This document shows positions 34,461-43,733 of a stretch of DNA of 64,000 bases, in pieces (the stretch's first letter is position 1; each line of letters begins with the position of its first letter). The translations under genes were made by a program, and so were the position numbers. Source of the DNA: an uncultured Lachnospiraceae bacterium. Its GTDB lineage: Bacteria > Bacillota > Clostridia > Lachnospirales > Lachnospiraceae. The notes under the pieces are model-generated. The model saw nothing but the letters and a program-made list of their open reading frames with translations, had not been told where the DNA came from and searched no databases. The DNA lies in assembly GCA_946537305.1 (NCBI GenBank), contig CAMNFR010000002.1, positions 48,564 to 112,563 of the forward strand, in the 5' to 3' direction.

Positions 34461-36722
34461 ATGAAGAAGCGAATTCTGATATTGGGAATGGTCCTGGCCA
34501 TGCTTGGCTCCGTTTTCAGCTTCCCGACGTCCAATGTTCGCGCGGAAGATGAAAACAAAAATAAGAAGCTGGATCTGGTCATGGTTCTGGATAAATCCGG
34601 TTCCATGAAGGGAAACGACCCCAATGGTTTAATGAAGACAGCGGCCAATATGCTGACGGCCATGATGCCCGCCAAATCCGGGCGCGTGGGCGTGGTTGCC
34701 TTTAACATTAAATCGGAACAGGTGGTAGGCCTGACCGAGCTGACCGACGTGACGTCTGTGAATGATATCATGGGCAAGGTCAGCACCATCAAGTATAAAG
34801 GGGATACCAACATCGGCGACGCTGTTTCCGATGCAGTGGATATGTTCGACTTAAACGATGACCACGTGCACGCGGTGCTGGTGCTCTCCGACGGCAAACC
34901 GGATTTCGGTCTGGATAAGAACGCGGAGCAGGCCAGTGATGAACGGCTGAACGATACGCTGGCCAAGATCAAGGGTAAGGAGTGCTACATCTATGCCCTG
35001 GGATTCGGCAAGGACATGGCGGATACCAATGATGTTCCGTACAAAAAGCTTTCAAGTATTGTCACTTCCCCGGAGACCATATCCACGGAAACCGATCCCG
35101 CAAAGATTCACGAATTCTTTGTGAAGATGCTGCTGGATCTGATCGGGGCCAAGATCCCGGAGATCTATGACAATAAGATCCCTATCGAGCCGAATGTAAA
35201 GGAAGCCAATATTTACATCAGCTCCGCGGAGGACATGACGGATGTGACAGTGGGACTGACGGATCCCTCCGGGAATAGCATTCCCATGGAAAACAGTGAA
35301 AAGGTGTGGTTCTTTAAGGACAGCTATTCTGCTGTGATCAAGCTGTTTGACCCCGCGCCGGGGGAATACGTCATCAGTACGTCCCGTGAGGATATCAACA
35401 TCACGGTCGGCTATGTGCCGTTCTATGATTATACGCTTCGCAGTGAGATCGTGGACGAGACCGGCGTACCGGTGGAGAAACTGGATAACGGCAAGACAGT
35501 GGAGATCCGCACCTGCCTCAGCCAGGAGGAGCAGGACGTGACCGAGCCGATGGCTTACGATAATGTGACTGCTATGGCTACGGTAACGGCGAAGGACACC
35601 GGCGAGAGCGTAGAAGTGCCGCTGACATTCCGGGATGGGATGCTGCGCGGCAATATGAGCTTTGAGCGTGTGGCCGCCTACACGGTGGATATCCGCGTGG
35701 AGTCAGAGACCTTCGACCTGAAGGATCAGCTTACGGTGGAGACCAACCAGCGCGGTTTTGGCTGGGCACCCGGACAGACCGGCGTGGATCTGATCGAAAA
35801 GAAGATCCTGGATAAGACCCTGAAAAAAGAAGTGACCCTGCTGGTGGATAATCAGGAGCTGATGGGGGCTATTGAAGATCCCGACGGCGTGGGCGTAGCT
35901 CTGGATCAGGTGACTTCCAGTGATGAGGAAAAGGTTACGGCGGAGATCACCAATGACGGAATACTGCTGACCGGTAAAAAGTGGGGGTCTTCTCTGATTA
36001 CCGTTACGTACCGGGATGGTCTGGGCAACACGCTGGAGACTTCCTTCACCACCAGCGTGAAAGATAAGATGCTGATCGCGTTCTTTGCCGCGCTGCCGGT
36101 GCTGCTGGGCCTGATCGCCGCGCTGGTCGTTTATCTGATCATGCGGCAGTCCCGTATGATCCGCGGAGATTTTGAGATCACCCGTGTGACGATTGACCGC
36201 GGTGACAGCGATGTATCCATCATCTCCATTCCCAAGAGTTACAAGGGCAAGACCTTTGTGGGGCGGAAGAAGACGCTGGGCAACGGCGTGTCCCGATACG
36301 CACAGGATGTATATTCTACAGACGGCACCCTGCTGCAGGTACAGCAGCTGTACCAGATGTTCTCCAACACCCAGTCCGAGATGCGCCAGAACCTGGATAC
36401 CTTCCAGTTTATCGGCAGCTACCTGGGCCGCAATGGCTGCAGCATCAAGGTGAAGAAGGGATCTCCTGTGTCCCTGTCCAATAACCGCAGCTACCGCCAG
36501 GCTGTCAAGATGAAGTGGCCGCAGAAGGCGACGTTCAAGGTGTTCACCAAGGATGCTTCCGGGACGGAGATCTGCGTGGAAGGCCGCTACGCCATGGGCC
36601 GCAAGGCCGGTGCCTCCGCCGCGAAGGGCGGAAAAGGAGGAAGAGGCGGACGTCAGAATGCCGCTCCCACGCCGCCGCCTGTACAGAATAACAACGATTT
36701 TGACGAGGATTTCTTCAGTTAA
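34461..36722 (+). CDS. Secreted/type-I membrane vWA-domain protein with cytoplasmic tail
   Basis: 753 aa. It has a signal peptide (MKKRILILGMVLAMLGSVFSF..VRA) and a vWA MIDAS motif (LDLVMVLDKSGSMKGND). A single TM (MLIAFFAALPVLLGLIAALVVYLIM) lies near residue ~540. A ~190-aa tail follows, ending in a Gly/Lys-rich stretch plus NNNDFDEDFFS. Confidence 0.85.
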   Translation: MKKRILILGMVLAMLGSVFSFPTSNVRAEDENKNKKLDLVMVLDKSGSMKGNDPNGLMKTAANMLTAMMPAKSGRVGVVAFNIKSEQVVGLTELTDVTSVNDIMGKVSTIKYKGDTNIGDAVSDAVDMFDLNDDHVHAVLVLSDGKPDFGLDKNAEQASDERLNDTLAKIKGKECYIYALGFGKDMADTNDVPYKKLSSIVTSPETISTETDPAKIHEFFVKMLLDLIGAKIPEIYDNKIPIEPNVKEANIYISSAEDMTDVTVGLTDPSGNSIPMENSEKVWFFKDSYSAVIKLFDPAPGEYVISTSREDINITVGYVPFYDYTLRSEIVDETGVPVEKLDNGKTVEIRTCLSQEEQDVTEPMAYDNVTAMATVTAKDTGESVEVPLTFRDGMLRGNMSFERVAAYTVDIRVESETFDLKDQLTVETNQRGFGWAPGQTGVDLIEKKILDKTLKKEVTLLVDNQELMGAIEDPDGVGVALDQVTSSDEEKVTAEITNDGILLTGKKWGSSLITVTYRDGLGNTLETSFTTSVKDKMLIAFFAALPVLLGLIAALVVYLIMRQSRMIRGDFEITRVTIDRGDSDVSIISIPKSYKGKTFVGRKKTLGNGVSRYAQDVYSTDGTLLQVQQLYQMFSNTQSEMRQNLDTFQFIGSYLGRNGCSIKVKKGSPVSLSNNRSYRQAVKMKWPQKATFKVFTKDASGTEICVEGRYAMGRKAGASAAKGGKGGRGGRQNAAPTPPPVQNNNDFDEDFFS

Positions 36723-36747
36723 AGTAGTATGCATTTATAATATATTG

Positions 36748-36756
36748 TGCTATAAT
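36748..36756 (+). promoter_or_regulatory. Extended -10 promoter candidate (TGcTATAAT) upstream of tubulin-like paralog 2
   Basis: tgtgcTATAATtatg lies in the 96-nt gap between 36722 and 36819. The -35 is poor. Confidence 0.3.
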
Positions 36757-36818
36757 TATGATGTTGGCCTGTGATGGCCGTAAGATCGAAGTAAAACAGC
36801 GAAAGGAGAACTTAGGAA

Positions 36819-39800
36819 ATGGCTTTAAGTCCGCTGAAAAAAGAAAAGCTGGCGCAGCTGGAGCTGAATAAGGGAGGTGTGGCGTTCGTATCGCAGAAAT
36901 CCTCTGTGACGCCGAATCCCACGGTGATCATCAGTCTGGGCGGCCTGGGTGGAAAGACCCTGAATGCCCTGAAGGGCAAATTTGTGCGTGAGATCGGGGA
37001 GAGCGATCATATTTATTTCCGAATGATCGATACGTCTCTTCCGGACATGGATGATCTGTGTAAGGTAAAGTCGGACGGAACCATGAATACTTCTCCGAAC
37101 GCGCATCTGGAACAGATAGAGGCGGTGCCGATCTTTGATCCTGCGATCGCAAATATCCTGAAGGCCGGCTCCATTCCGCCCAACATCAAAAACTGGCTGA
37201 ATCCGGCGCTGATCGGTACGGAACTGGATAACTCCGGTGCCCAGCAGATCCGCCAGATCGGCCGCGCGATGCTGACCAACGACACCGTGTATTTCAATGT
37301 CCGCACCAAGCTGAGCTCTGCAATTCTGAGTGCCATCGGCCAGATGCCGTTTGGCGGCAATGTGGACGTCATCCTGATCGCCGGTGTATCCGGCGGTACC
37401 GGCAGCGGCACGGTGATCGACCTCAGCTATATGATACATGACATCTTCAAATCTGCGGGAAGCACCAGCTATAAGCTGGCGGGCTATATCTTTACCCCGG
37501 ATGCTCAGTTCATGATTCCGCAGATCAAGAATAACCCTACGACGCTGCTGAATCTGAAGAAGAACGGATATGCGGCCCTGAAGGAAATCGATTACTTCAT
37601 GAATATCCAGGAGACACAGAGTGTCTATAAGCTGGAGCTCGGCTCTTCGGCGGTCACCTCCACCAAGAACATCTTCAGCAGCTGCACGCTGGTCTCCGGC
37701 TATGCCTCCGGCGGCGGCATGAACGATACCGATGTGACTATCGGCCGTCTGACCGATCAGCTGATGGATATGCTGACGGATATTACCATCACGGACAAGG
37801 GCGGCATGCCGCAGCAGATGTCCGCCTCCATTTTGAGCAATGAGAACGCCAACCTGAATTCCTGGTTCGGACTTCATCCGGCGCGCCGGATCTATCACCG
37901 CTATGCTTCTTACAAATATCAGGTGCTGGGGTACAATTCCATCGTGATTCCCCGGGATGAGATCCTTGCGTACTGCGTGAACAAAATCTATGCCGGCGTG
38001 CTGCAGGAGTTCCAGAATTTCTCGCTGGTGAACAAGCAGATGATGCAGAAGGTGTTCGCGCAGACGAATGTGATCAACCCGGATACCTTTGTGCAGTTTG
38101 CGACAACCATCAACGCGAATAACCCGATCAACCGCACGCTGGTCATGGACGGCGGCTACACCAAGTCTATGATCAAAAATGATCCCATGATCGCCTATAA
38201 CGATGCGGTGGATCTGGCGCATGCGGAGCGCGTGAAAATCAATGGCGGCTTCCAGGCCATGGTGGAGGATCATGTTTATAAGGCACTGTCCCAGGAAGTG
38301 GATAAGATCTTCAATCAGTTTGGTCCGTACGTGGCCATGAAGGCCATTGAGCATAAGCACACGGAACTGAGCGTGGGAGATCCCAAGGAACCCTTCCCCG
38401 GTATTATTGAAATGCTGGAGCGGCAGAGCGAAAAGCTGATGGCCCGCGCCAATGCGGCGAACAACGCATTTAACAATGGCGGGCATCAGCAGATCCAGGC
38501 GGCGGCCAATGAGGCTATGGGCGGTCTGTTCGGGACCAACCACGCCGCGGTGAACAACTATGTGGAGATCTGCTGCAACCAGGCGGTGACCTCTCAGATT
38601 GATGTGGTCCTGTTTAAGACCCTGTCCGATGCGCTCTACAATGTGGCGGTCCGCATGAACAAGCTGAATTCCGACCTCTTTGAGGTGTATACCAGCATCC
38701 TGACCGAAATCCAGAAAATCCTGAACCAGGACGGCCAGTACTTCTCGAATTCCAATATGTCCCAGGTGGGCAATAACCGCTACTTCTCCATCGATATCAT
38801 TAAGAGCGGCAAGGGGAAAGCTGACCGGCTGGAAAAATACCTCGATAGCTTTATCTCTACAGTATCCGTACAGGAGCTGGCGCAGAACTTCATTAAGAAG
38901 ATGCGTGATAACCGTGACAAGTGGGTGGCCCAGAACAGCGAAAATGATTTCGACGTGGTGGCCGAGGTCCGCGATCTGATGGATGACTGCTTGAATTCCA
39001 ACAAGATGACCACGGATATTGTAGAAAAATTTGTGACGGTCGCCTACAGCACCAAGGACATGAAGCCGGAAGAACTGGATGCCATCTGGGATGACAACAC
39101 GCCGACCGGTCCTAAGATGCAGGCACTGGCCTCCGCCGCGAATGAGATCTACCAGCAGCTCTCCAACGGAGCGCAGCCCATGGCGAATTCCACGGGTCAG
39201 ATCCCGCTGAACAGCTTTGCTGGACAGCTGTTTATCAGTACGCTGAAGGATACGCCGCAGCTGACAAATATCCTGAATAATCTGGTCAAGGGGGCGCAGG
39301 GATTTACGCCGGCGACCAGTGATTCCAAGAATAAATTCATCTTTACCCGTCAGTATATGAGCCTTCCCATGTATATTCTGTTGGGCATGGGTGAGTACAA
39401 CCAGGTATACGTGGAAAACCCGAGCGCGGGACGCCACATGGACGAGAACAACCAGAACTGGGGCCGGTTCCCGAACCCCTACACCATCGATTCCGTGGCG
39501 ATCGATCTGGCGACTGCCCAGCGGCCGGCAGAGGATATCGAATCGTATCCGGATTACAAGGTGCTGACCGATGTGAAGGCCAAAGCCACGGACGGCGTAA
39601 AGAAGTATGGGTTCATCAATGTGCAGGTGGATGCCACCGGTATGGGACATATGTATCTGAATGACATTACAAATACGCCGGCGGATATGGAAGCCTTTAA
39701 AGAGGGATTCTACAATGCGCTGATGAAAAAGAAGAATCTGGATGTCATTGAGTACATGAAGCAGAACGGGTTTATTATCAATCCGATTGAGGTGACACGC

Positions 39801-40481
39801 GGTCAGACCGATGTGGATCTCTCTCTGCTGGATTTTGCCGATGCCGCACCGGCGGATCTGTCCGGAATGTATAAGGATATCCCCGTGAACATCCCGGATG
39901 TATACAAGTGGCTGAGAAAATCCATCAAATACATGGACATTCTGGATAAGGACACGGCTATCTTTGAAGAATTGCAGGAAGTCATTGACAGGGCAGAAAT
40001 AAATCGCCATGCCAAATCAAAATTCATTGATGATGTGGAAACCTTTGCGTTTGCGCTTCGCACCGGCATGGTGAAGCAGAACGAAAAGAACCCGAAGATC
40101 TGGAATTACATGGACGGCAAGGAGCCGGTGGCCGTGAACTTTGGCCGCGCCAAAGCGTTTGACCGGAAGTATTTCCTGTACCACGTGTTCGTGAGCTTCC
40201 AGCAATTGGATGATAAGCGGCTGCAGGCATATAACGCACAGGCGGGCAAGAAGATTGACGAAGGCGCGGAGATCGATTACGAATTCCTGAGCGACCACAT
40301 CAGCGAGATGCTTTCCGACAGCGAGCTGGGGGATGTATTCAACAGTGAGGTCGTGAATGAAGAAGCTGAGGAACAGGGCGTCACGGATAACTATCAGGTC
40401 ACGGACCGAGCGGAAGACAAGGGCAACCCCTACAAGGTGCTGAAGCGCTTCTATGAACTGATCCAGACAAGCTTCGAATAA
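36819..40481 (+). CDS. Tubulin/FtsZ-superfamily GTPase-like protein (Tubulin_2 / FtsZl-1-like), paralog 2
   Basis: 1220 aa with a strong SD (gaaaggaga). It carries VIISLGGLGGKTL, ILIAGVSGGTGSGTVIDL (37383-37412; GGTGSG tubulin signature) and KKNGYAALKEIDYFM. The ~900-aa C-terminal extension has no family I recognise. Confidence 0.85.
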   Translation: MALSPLKKEKLAQLELNKGGVAFVSQKSSVTPNPTVIISLGGLGGKTLNALKGKFVREIGESDHIYFRMIDTSLPDMDDLCKVKSDGTMNTSPNAHLEQIEAVPIFDPAIANILKAGSIPPNIKNWLNPALIGTELDNSGAQQIRQIGRAMLTNDTVYFNVRTKLSSAILSAIGQMPFGGNVDVILIAGVSGGTGSGTVIDLSYMIHDIFKSAGSTSYKLAGYIFTPDAQFMIPQIKNNPTTLLNLKKNGYAALKEIDYFMNIQETQSVYKLELGSSAVTSTKNIFSSCTLVSGYASGGGMNDTDVTIGRLTDQLMDMLTDITITDKGGMPQQMSASILSNENANLNSWFGLHPARRIYHRYASYKYQVLGYNSIVIPRDEILAYCVNKIYAGVLQEFQNFSLVNKQMMQKVFAQTNVINPDTFVQFATTINANNPINRTLVMDGGYTKSMIKNDPMIAYNDAVDLAHAERVKINGGFQAMVEDHVYKALSQEVDKIFNQFGPYVAMKAIEHKHTELSVGDPKEPFPGIIEMLERQSEKLMARANAANNAFNNGGHQQIQAAANEAMGGLFGTNHAAVNNYVEICCNQAVTSQIDVVLFKTLSDALYNVAVRMNKLNSDLFEVYTSILTEIQKILNQDGQYFSNSNMSQVGNNRYFSIDIIKSGKGKADRLEKYLDSFISTVSVQELAQNFIKKMRDNRDKWVAQNSENDFDVVAEVRDLMDDCLNSNKMTTDIVEKFVTVAYSTKDMKPEELDAIWDDNTPTGPKMQALASAANEIYQQLSNGAQPMANSTGQIPLNSFAGQLFISTLKDTPQLTNILNNLVKGAQGFTPATSDSKNKFIFTRQYMSLPMYILLGMGEYNQVYVENPSAGRHMDENNQNWGRFPNPYTIDSVAIDLATAQRPAEDIESYPDYKVLTDVKAKATDGVKKYGFINVQVDATGMGHMYLNDITNTPADMEAFKEGFYNALMKKKNLDVIEYMKQNGFIINPIEVTRGQTDVDLSLLDFADAAPADLSGMYKDIPVNIPDVYKWLRKSIKYMDILDKDTAIFEELQEVIDRAEINRHAKSKFIDDVETFAFALRTGMVKQNEKNPKIWNYMDGKEPVAVNFGRAKAFDRKYFLYHVFVSFQQLDDKRLQAYNAQAGKKIDEGAEIDYEFLSDHISEMLSDSELGDVFNSEVVNEEAEEQGVTDNYQVTDRAEDKGNPYKVLKRFYELIQTSFE

Positions 40482-40499
40482 GGAGCAGAGGAACTATTT

Positions 40500-42305
40500 A
40501 TGAAACTTTTACAGAGAGAGACCGTGAATAAAGCAGGGGTCAAGGCGGAGATCGATGCGGTCTGCCGGAACCTGCTGACGGAAAGCGTGCATGAGTATAT
40601 CAGCACACCGGTGGTCATGGTGATCTATCTGGGAGAGGAATCTTACCGCGTTGTAAACGCATCTCTTCGGGATGCGTTTACAACTTCTTTTAAGGTAGAA
40701 CCCAGTGTTTATGAGATCACACTGGAGGATTCCTGTGCTGGGCCGGAGGTCATCTACGAAAGGATCACGGAACAGATCGCGGAGGCTGCCAATAACGGGA
40801 AAAATTACGAGGATACCCGTTTTGTCTTTGTGTCTGTGATGGATGATCCCATTTTTGAATCAGGCGGAGAGGCGTTGATCGAGGGGCTTCGCGGTGCCTT
40901 TGAGGAGCTGTCGAATGTTTCCGTGAGCACCAAAAAGACTTCCTTCTATGGTATTTTCCGGCAGGCCAGGCGCAAGGTGACCCGGAATGCATCCTTTGCC
41001 TTTGTGAATGCGGGAAAGGATCTGTGGCGGAGCATCTACCACATGGAGGTTCCCTTCTTCGCGAAGGAAATCAATTTGTACACACAGCTGATTGCCATTC
41101 ACTGTATCGGGGAAGATTACACCATGGTGCAGGAACCCGGCACGGCAGAGTATGCCTGGAAATCCCTGAATCTGAAGCAGCTGAAACTGCCGGAGCTGAT
41201 GATTGCCCGCGTGCTGCGGGAGATCTATGCCAGGCAGATGAACGGCAAGAATATCAATTATGATGAGTGGACCGAAAATATCGGCGCGGAGCTGGAGAGC
41301 CTGTTCGATCAGCTGCTCTCACAGCCGGAACATGGGTATGAACAGTTCATTCCTCTGAATTACCGGCCGGAGGAGCCGGTGCAGGAAGTGCGGACGGGGC
41401 TGTTCGGGAAATCCCGGCAGCAGGAGGTAAAAACTTCTTTCCATGGTGATGTGATCAGGGATGAAGCCTCTCTTGACCGGCTTCTGCAGGAGCTTCTGGG
41501 CGATATTTCGCTCACGGAGGAAGAGTGTGACGATATGCTGGAGACCATTACCAGCTCTGCGACCTCCATTGATAACGACCATAACCGCATCTCCCAGTTC
41601 GTAAGGGAGTACCTGACCCGTCAGATCGGGGAAGTCAGGACCAGGGCGGAAAATCTGCGGTCCCGTAATCAGCGCAGCAGTGCCGAGGCGGACAGTGTTT
41701 CTGCGCTGCTGGCACAGACCTATCAGCGCAAAAAGGAGCTGATGGTGCTGCAGAAGAAGGCGGAGATCCTGGAGTTCCTGGTACAGCAGCTTTCTTCCGG
41801 CAATACTATGAGCCGCATTGTGTCGGACATCTATAAGAAAAACAAAGAATGTACCGATATTCTGGATGAACTCAGCAAGAACCAGTACGGCGGCACGCTG
41901 GAACATGTATCTGTGAGCGGTCTCCCTGCCTTCCGGGTGAATCAGACGGTCCACGCCATCTTAAAGGGCATGGAGAACAGCAAGCTGTATGAGATCATCA
42001 ATAATGAAGAAGCTATTCTGCAGCAGCTGGAGCGGTTCCTGGCCGCGAGCACGAACGCCGTCGGAGGCCCGAAGGAACACAATTTGGGAGAGATCAACGG
42101 CATTTACAATCAGTTGGAAAACATTCAGCGAGAGCTTTTAATGACACCAAACCAGGCGGCAGATCCTAAGGTAAGCGAGCTGGTGAAAAGATTCGCCGGC
42201 CTTTCCGTCAGGACCGGCAGTCTGTACCGGGAGAATACCTTTTATATTATCTCCTTCCGGAATTATACGAGCGACCGCTATATTTATCGTTACAGAGAGG
42301 AATAA
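40500..42305 (+). CDS. Hypothetical protein (possible degenerate tubulin-like partner; low confidence on that idea)
   Basis: 601 aa with an SD (taaggagc). It follows paralog 2 after 18 nt. VVMVIYLGEESYRV and FVFVSVMDDPIFESGGEALIEG sit where T1 and T4 loops would be, but the glycines are lost. Confidence 0.7.
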   Translation: MKLLQRETVNKAGVKAEIDAVCRNLLTESVHEYISTPVVMVIYLGEESYRVVNASLRDAFTTSFKVEPSVYEITLEDSCAGPEVIYERITEQIAEAANNGKNYEDTRFVFVSVMDDPIFESGGEALIEGLRGAFEELSNVSVSTKKTSFYGIFRQARRKVTRNASFAFVNAGKDLWRSIYHMEVPFFAKEINLYTQLIAIHCIGEDYTMVQEPGTAEYAWKSLNLKQLKLPELMIARVLREIYARQMNGKNINYDEWTENIGAELESLFDQLLSQPEHGYEQFIPLNYRPEEPVQEVRTGLFGKSRQQEVKTSFHGDVIRDEASLDRLLQELLGDISLTEEECDDMLETITSSATSIDNDHNRISQFVREYLTRQIGEVRTRAENLRSRNQRSSAEADSVSALLAQTYQRKKELMVLQKKAEILEFLVQQLSSGNTMSRIVSDIYKKNKECTDILDELSKNQYGGTLEHVSVSGLPAFRVNQTVHAILKGMENSKLYEIINNEEAILQQLERFLAASTNAVGGPKEHNLGEINGIYNQLENIQRELLMTPNQAADPKVSELVKRFAGLSVRTGSLYRENTFYIISFRNYTSDRYIYRYREE

Positions 42306-42308
42306 ACA

Positions 42309-43724
42309 ATGGCAGCCAGAGGTACCAGAAATACAACCAATTCCCTGAATAAAGGTGTACTGGTCATCAGTGCGGCGGCTGGCGTCGTGGGCAGCTTTGT
42401 GTCCGGTCTGATTTACCGGATCATCAGCCCGATGATGTGGAGTCCGCTCGCTGTGGGCATCAGCTTTATGATCTTCGCAGCTGTGCTGATCGGGATTATG
42501 GTGGTGGTGAACCTGCTGAATGATAATCTGGGATTTCATGTCAGCAAATTTCATGACGGCGGGCAGATCATCCTTACACTCATCGGCTTTATTCTGGGAG
42601 CGCTGATTTTGGGGACGCTCTTTGAATTCATCTATGAGATGAACTTCTTTGAGGGAAAGAAGGGGTATCAGGAGCCGACTTCCTATGTATTCCTGATCGA
42701 CAATTCAGGATCCATGGACAGCAGTGATCCCGAAAATGTCCGCTACGCCGCTATAACTCAGATTATCAGCGGCAAAGAAGACAGTTTCCCGTACGCGGTA
42801 TATGGATTCAGCAACGGGGTAGAGGTTATGCGGGAGCTGGCACCTATATCTGCCGGCAACAATGAATTGACCGGGATAGCCTCCGGCGGCACCGAAATCC
42901 GCGGTACGCTCACCCGTCTGTACGAGGAGTATGAGAATGGGCTGAAGGACCAGCTGGGCGAAGCCCCCAAGTTCCTGCTTCTTTCAGACGGCTATGCCAC
43001 GGATATCGGCTGGTTTAGTTCTATCAATAAGATTCTGAAGGAATACGCCAAAACAAATATAGAGATTTCTACGGTAGGTCTGGGGGAAGCAGATGATGAA
43101 TTGATGCAGCAGATCGCGGATGATACCGGCGGCGTGTATATCAGTGTCAACGATGTGAACCAGCTGGAACAGTCCATGTCGCAGGCAATCTCCAAATCCG
43201 GCGCGAATAAATATGCCAGAACGCTGTATACCCTGCGAAATGTTCCTTCGCTGAACTTCCTGTATGCTCTGATGCGTATTGTGTTTACGGCCATTCTGGG
43301 CGTGGGCATTTCCTGCTCTATGCTGTTTGCTACCGGCAAGGGAGATGACAGCGATAAGATCGTTACGACCTCCATCATCACCGGTGTGCTTGCAGGCTTG
43401 GCATTGGAACTTCTGATCAACGGTATCCCGCTTCCGCCGAATCTTGTACGTTACCTGTACTTTATTCTGGTAGCGCTTACCTTTATTACTGAGATGGGCT
43501 TTGGCGGAAACGGCAGAGGCGCAAAGTATAAGGATGCGGACGATATGCTGGGAGGCGGCGGACGCATGCAGATGGGCGGGAAACAGAACCTGCGCAATAC
43601 CGGCGCCGGAAATACCGGCGGAGATATGGATGATCTGATGGGCGGCGGCACATCCGGGGGACGATCCGGCGGTGCATCTTCCGGTGGTTCATCCTATGAC
43701 GATGATTTCTTCAATGACTTCTAG
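42309..43724 (+). CDS. Polytopic membrane vWA-domain protein with Gly-rich tail
   Basis: 471 aa. About 3 TM segments come first, then the vWA MIDAS motif (YVFLIDNSGSMDSSDPEN), then about 3 more TM segments. The tail is Gly-rich and ends SSYDDDFFNDF. Confidence 0.85.
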   Translation: MAARGTRNTTNSLNKGVLVISAAAGVVGSFVSGLIYRIISPMMWSPLAVGISFMIFAAVLIGIMVVVNLLNDNLGFHVSKFHDGGQIILTLIGFILGALILGTLFEFIYEMNFFEGKKGYQEPTSYVFLIDNSGSMDSSDPENVRYAAITQIISGKEDSFPYAVYGFSNGVEVMRELAPISAGNNELTGIASGGTEIRGTLTRLYEEYENGLKDQLGEAPKFLLLSDGYATDIGWFSSINKILKEYAKTNIEISTVGLGEADDELMQQIADDTGGVYISVNDVNQLEQSMSQAISKSGANKYARTLYTLRNVPSLNFLYALMRIVFTAILGVGISCSMLFATGKGDDSDKIVTTSIITGVLAGLALELLINGIPLPPNLVRYLYFILVALTFITEMGFGGNGRGAKYKDADDMLGGGGRMQMGGKQNLRNTGAGNTGGDMDDLMGGGTSGGRSGGASSGGSSYDDDFFNDF

Positions 43725-43733
43725 GAGGCGCGT

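Noticed and set aside
36825-40010. 1061-aa ORF on the minus strand
   Set aside because: It is a mirror frame of tubulin-like paralog 2, which has clear motifs and a strong SD. The antisense translation is Arg/His/Gly-rich with no start context.
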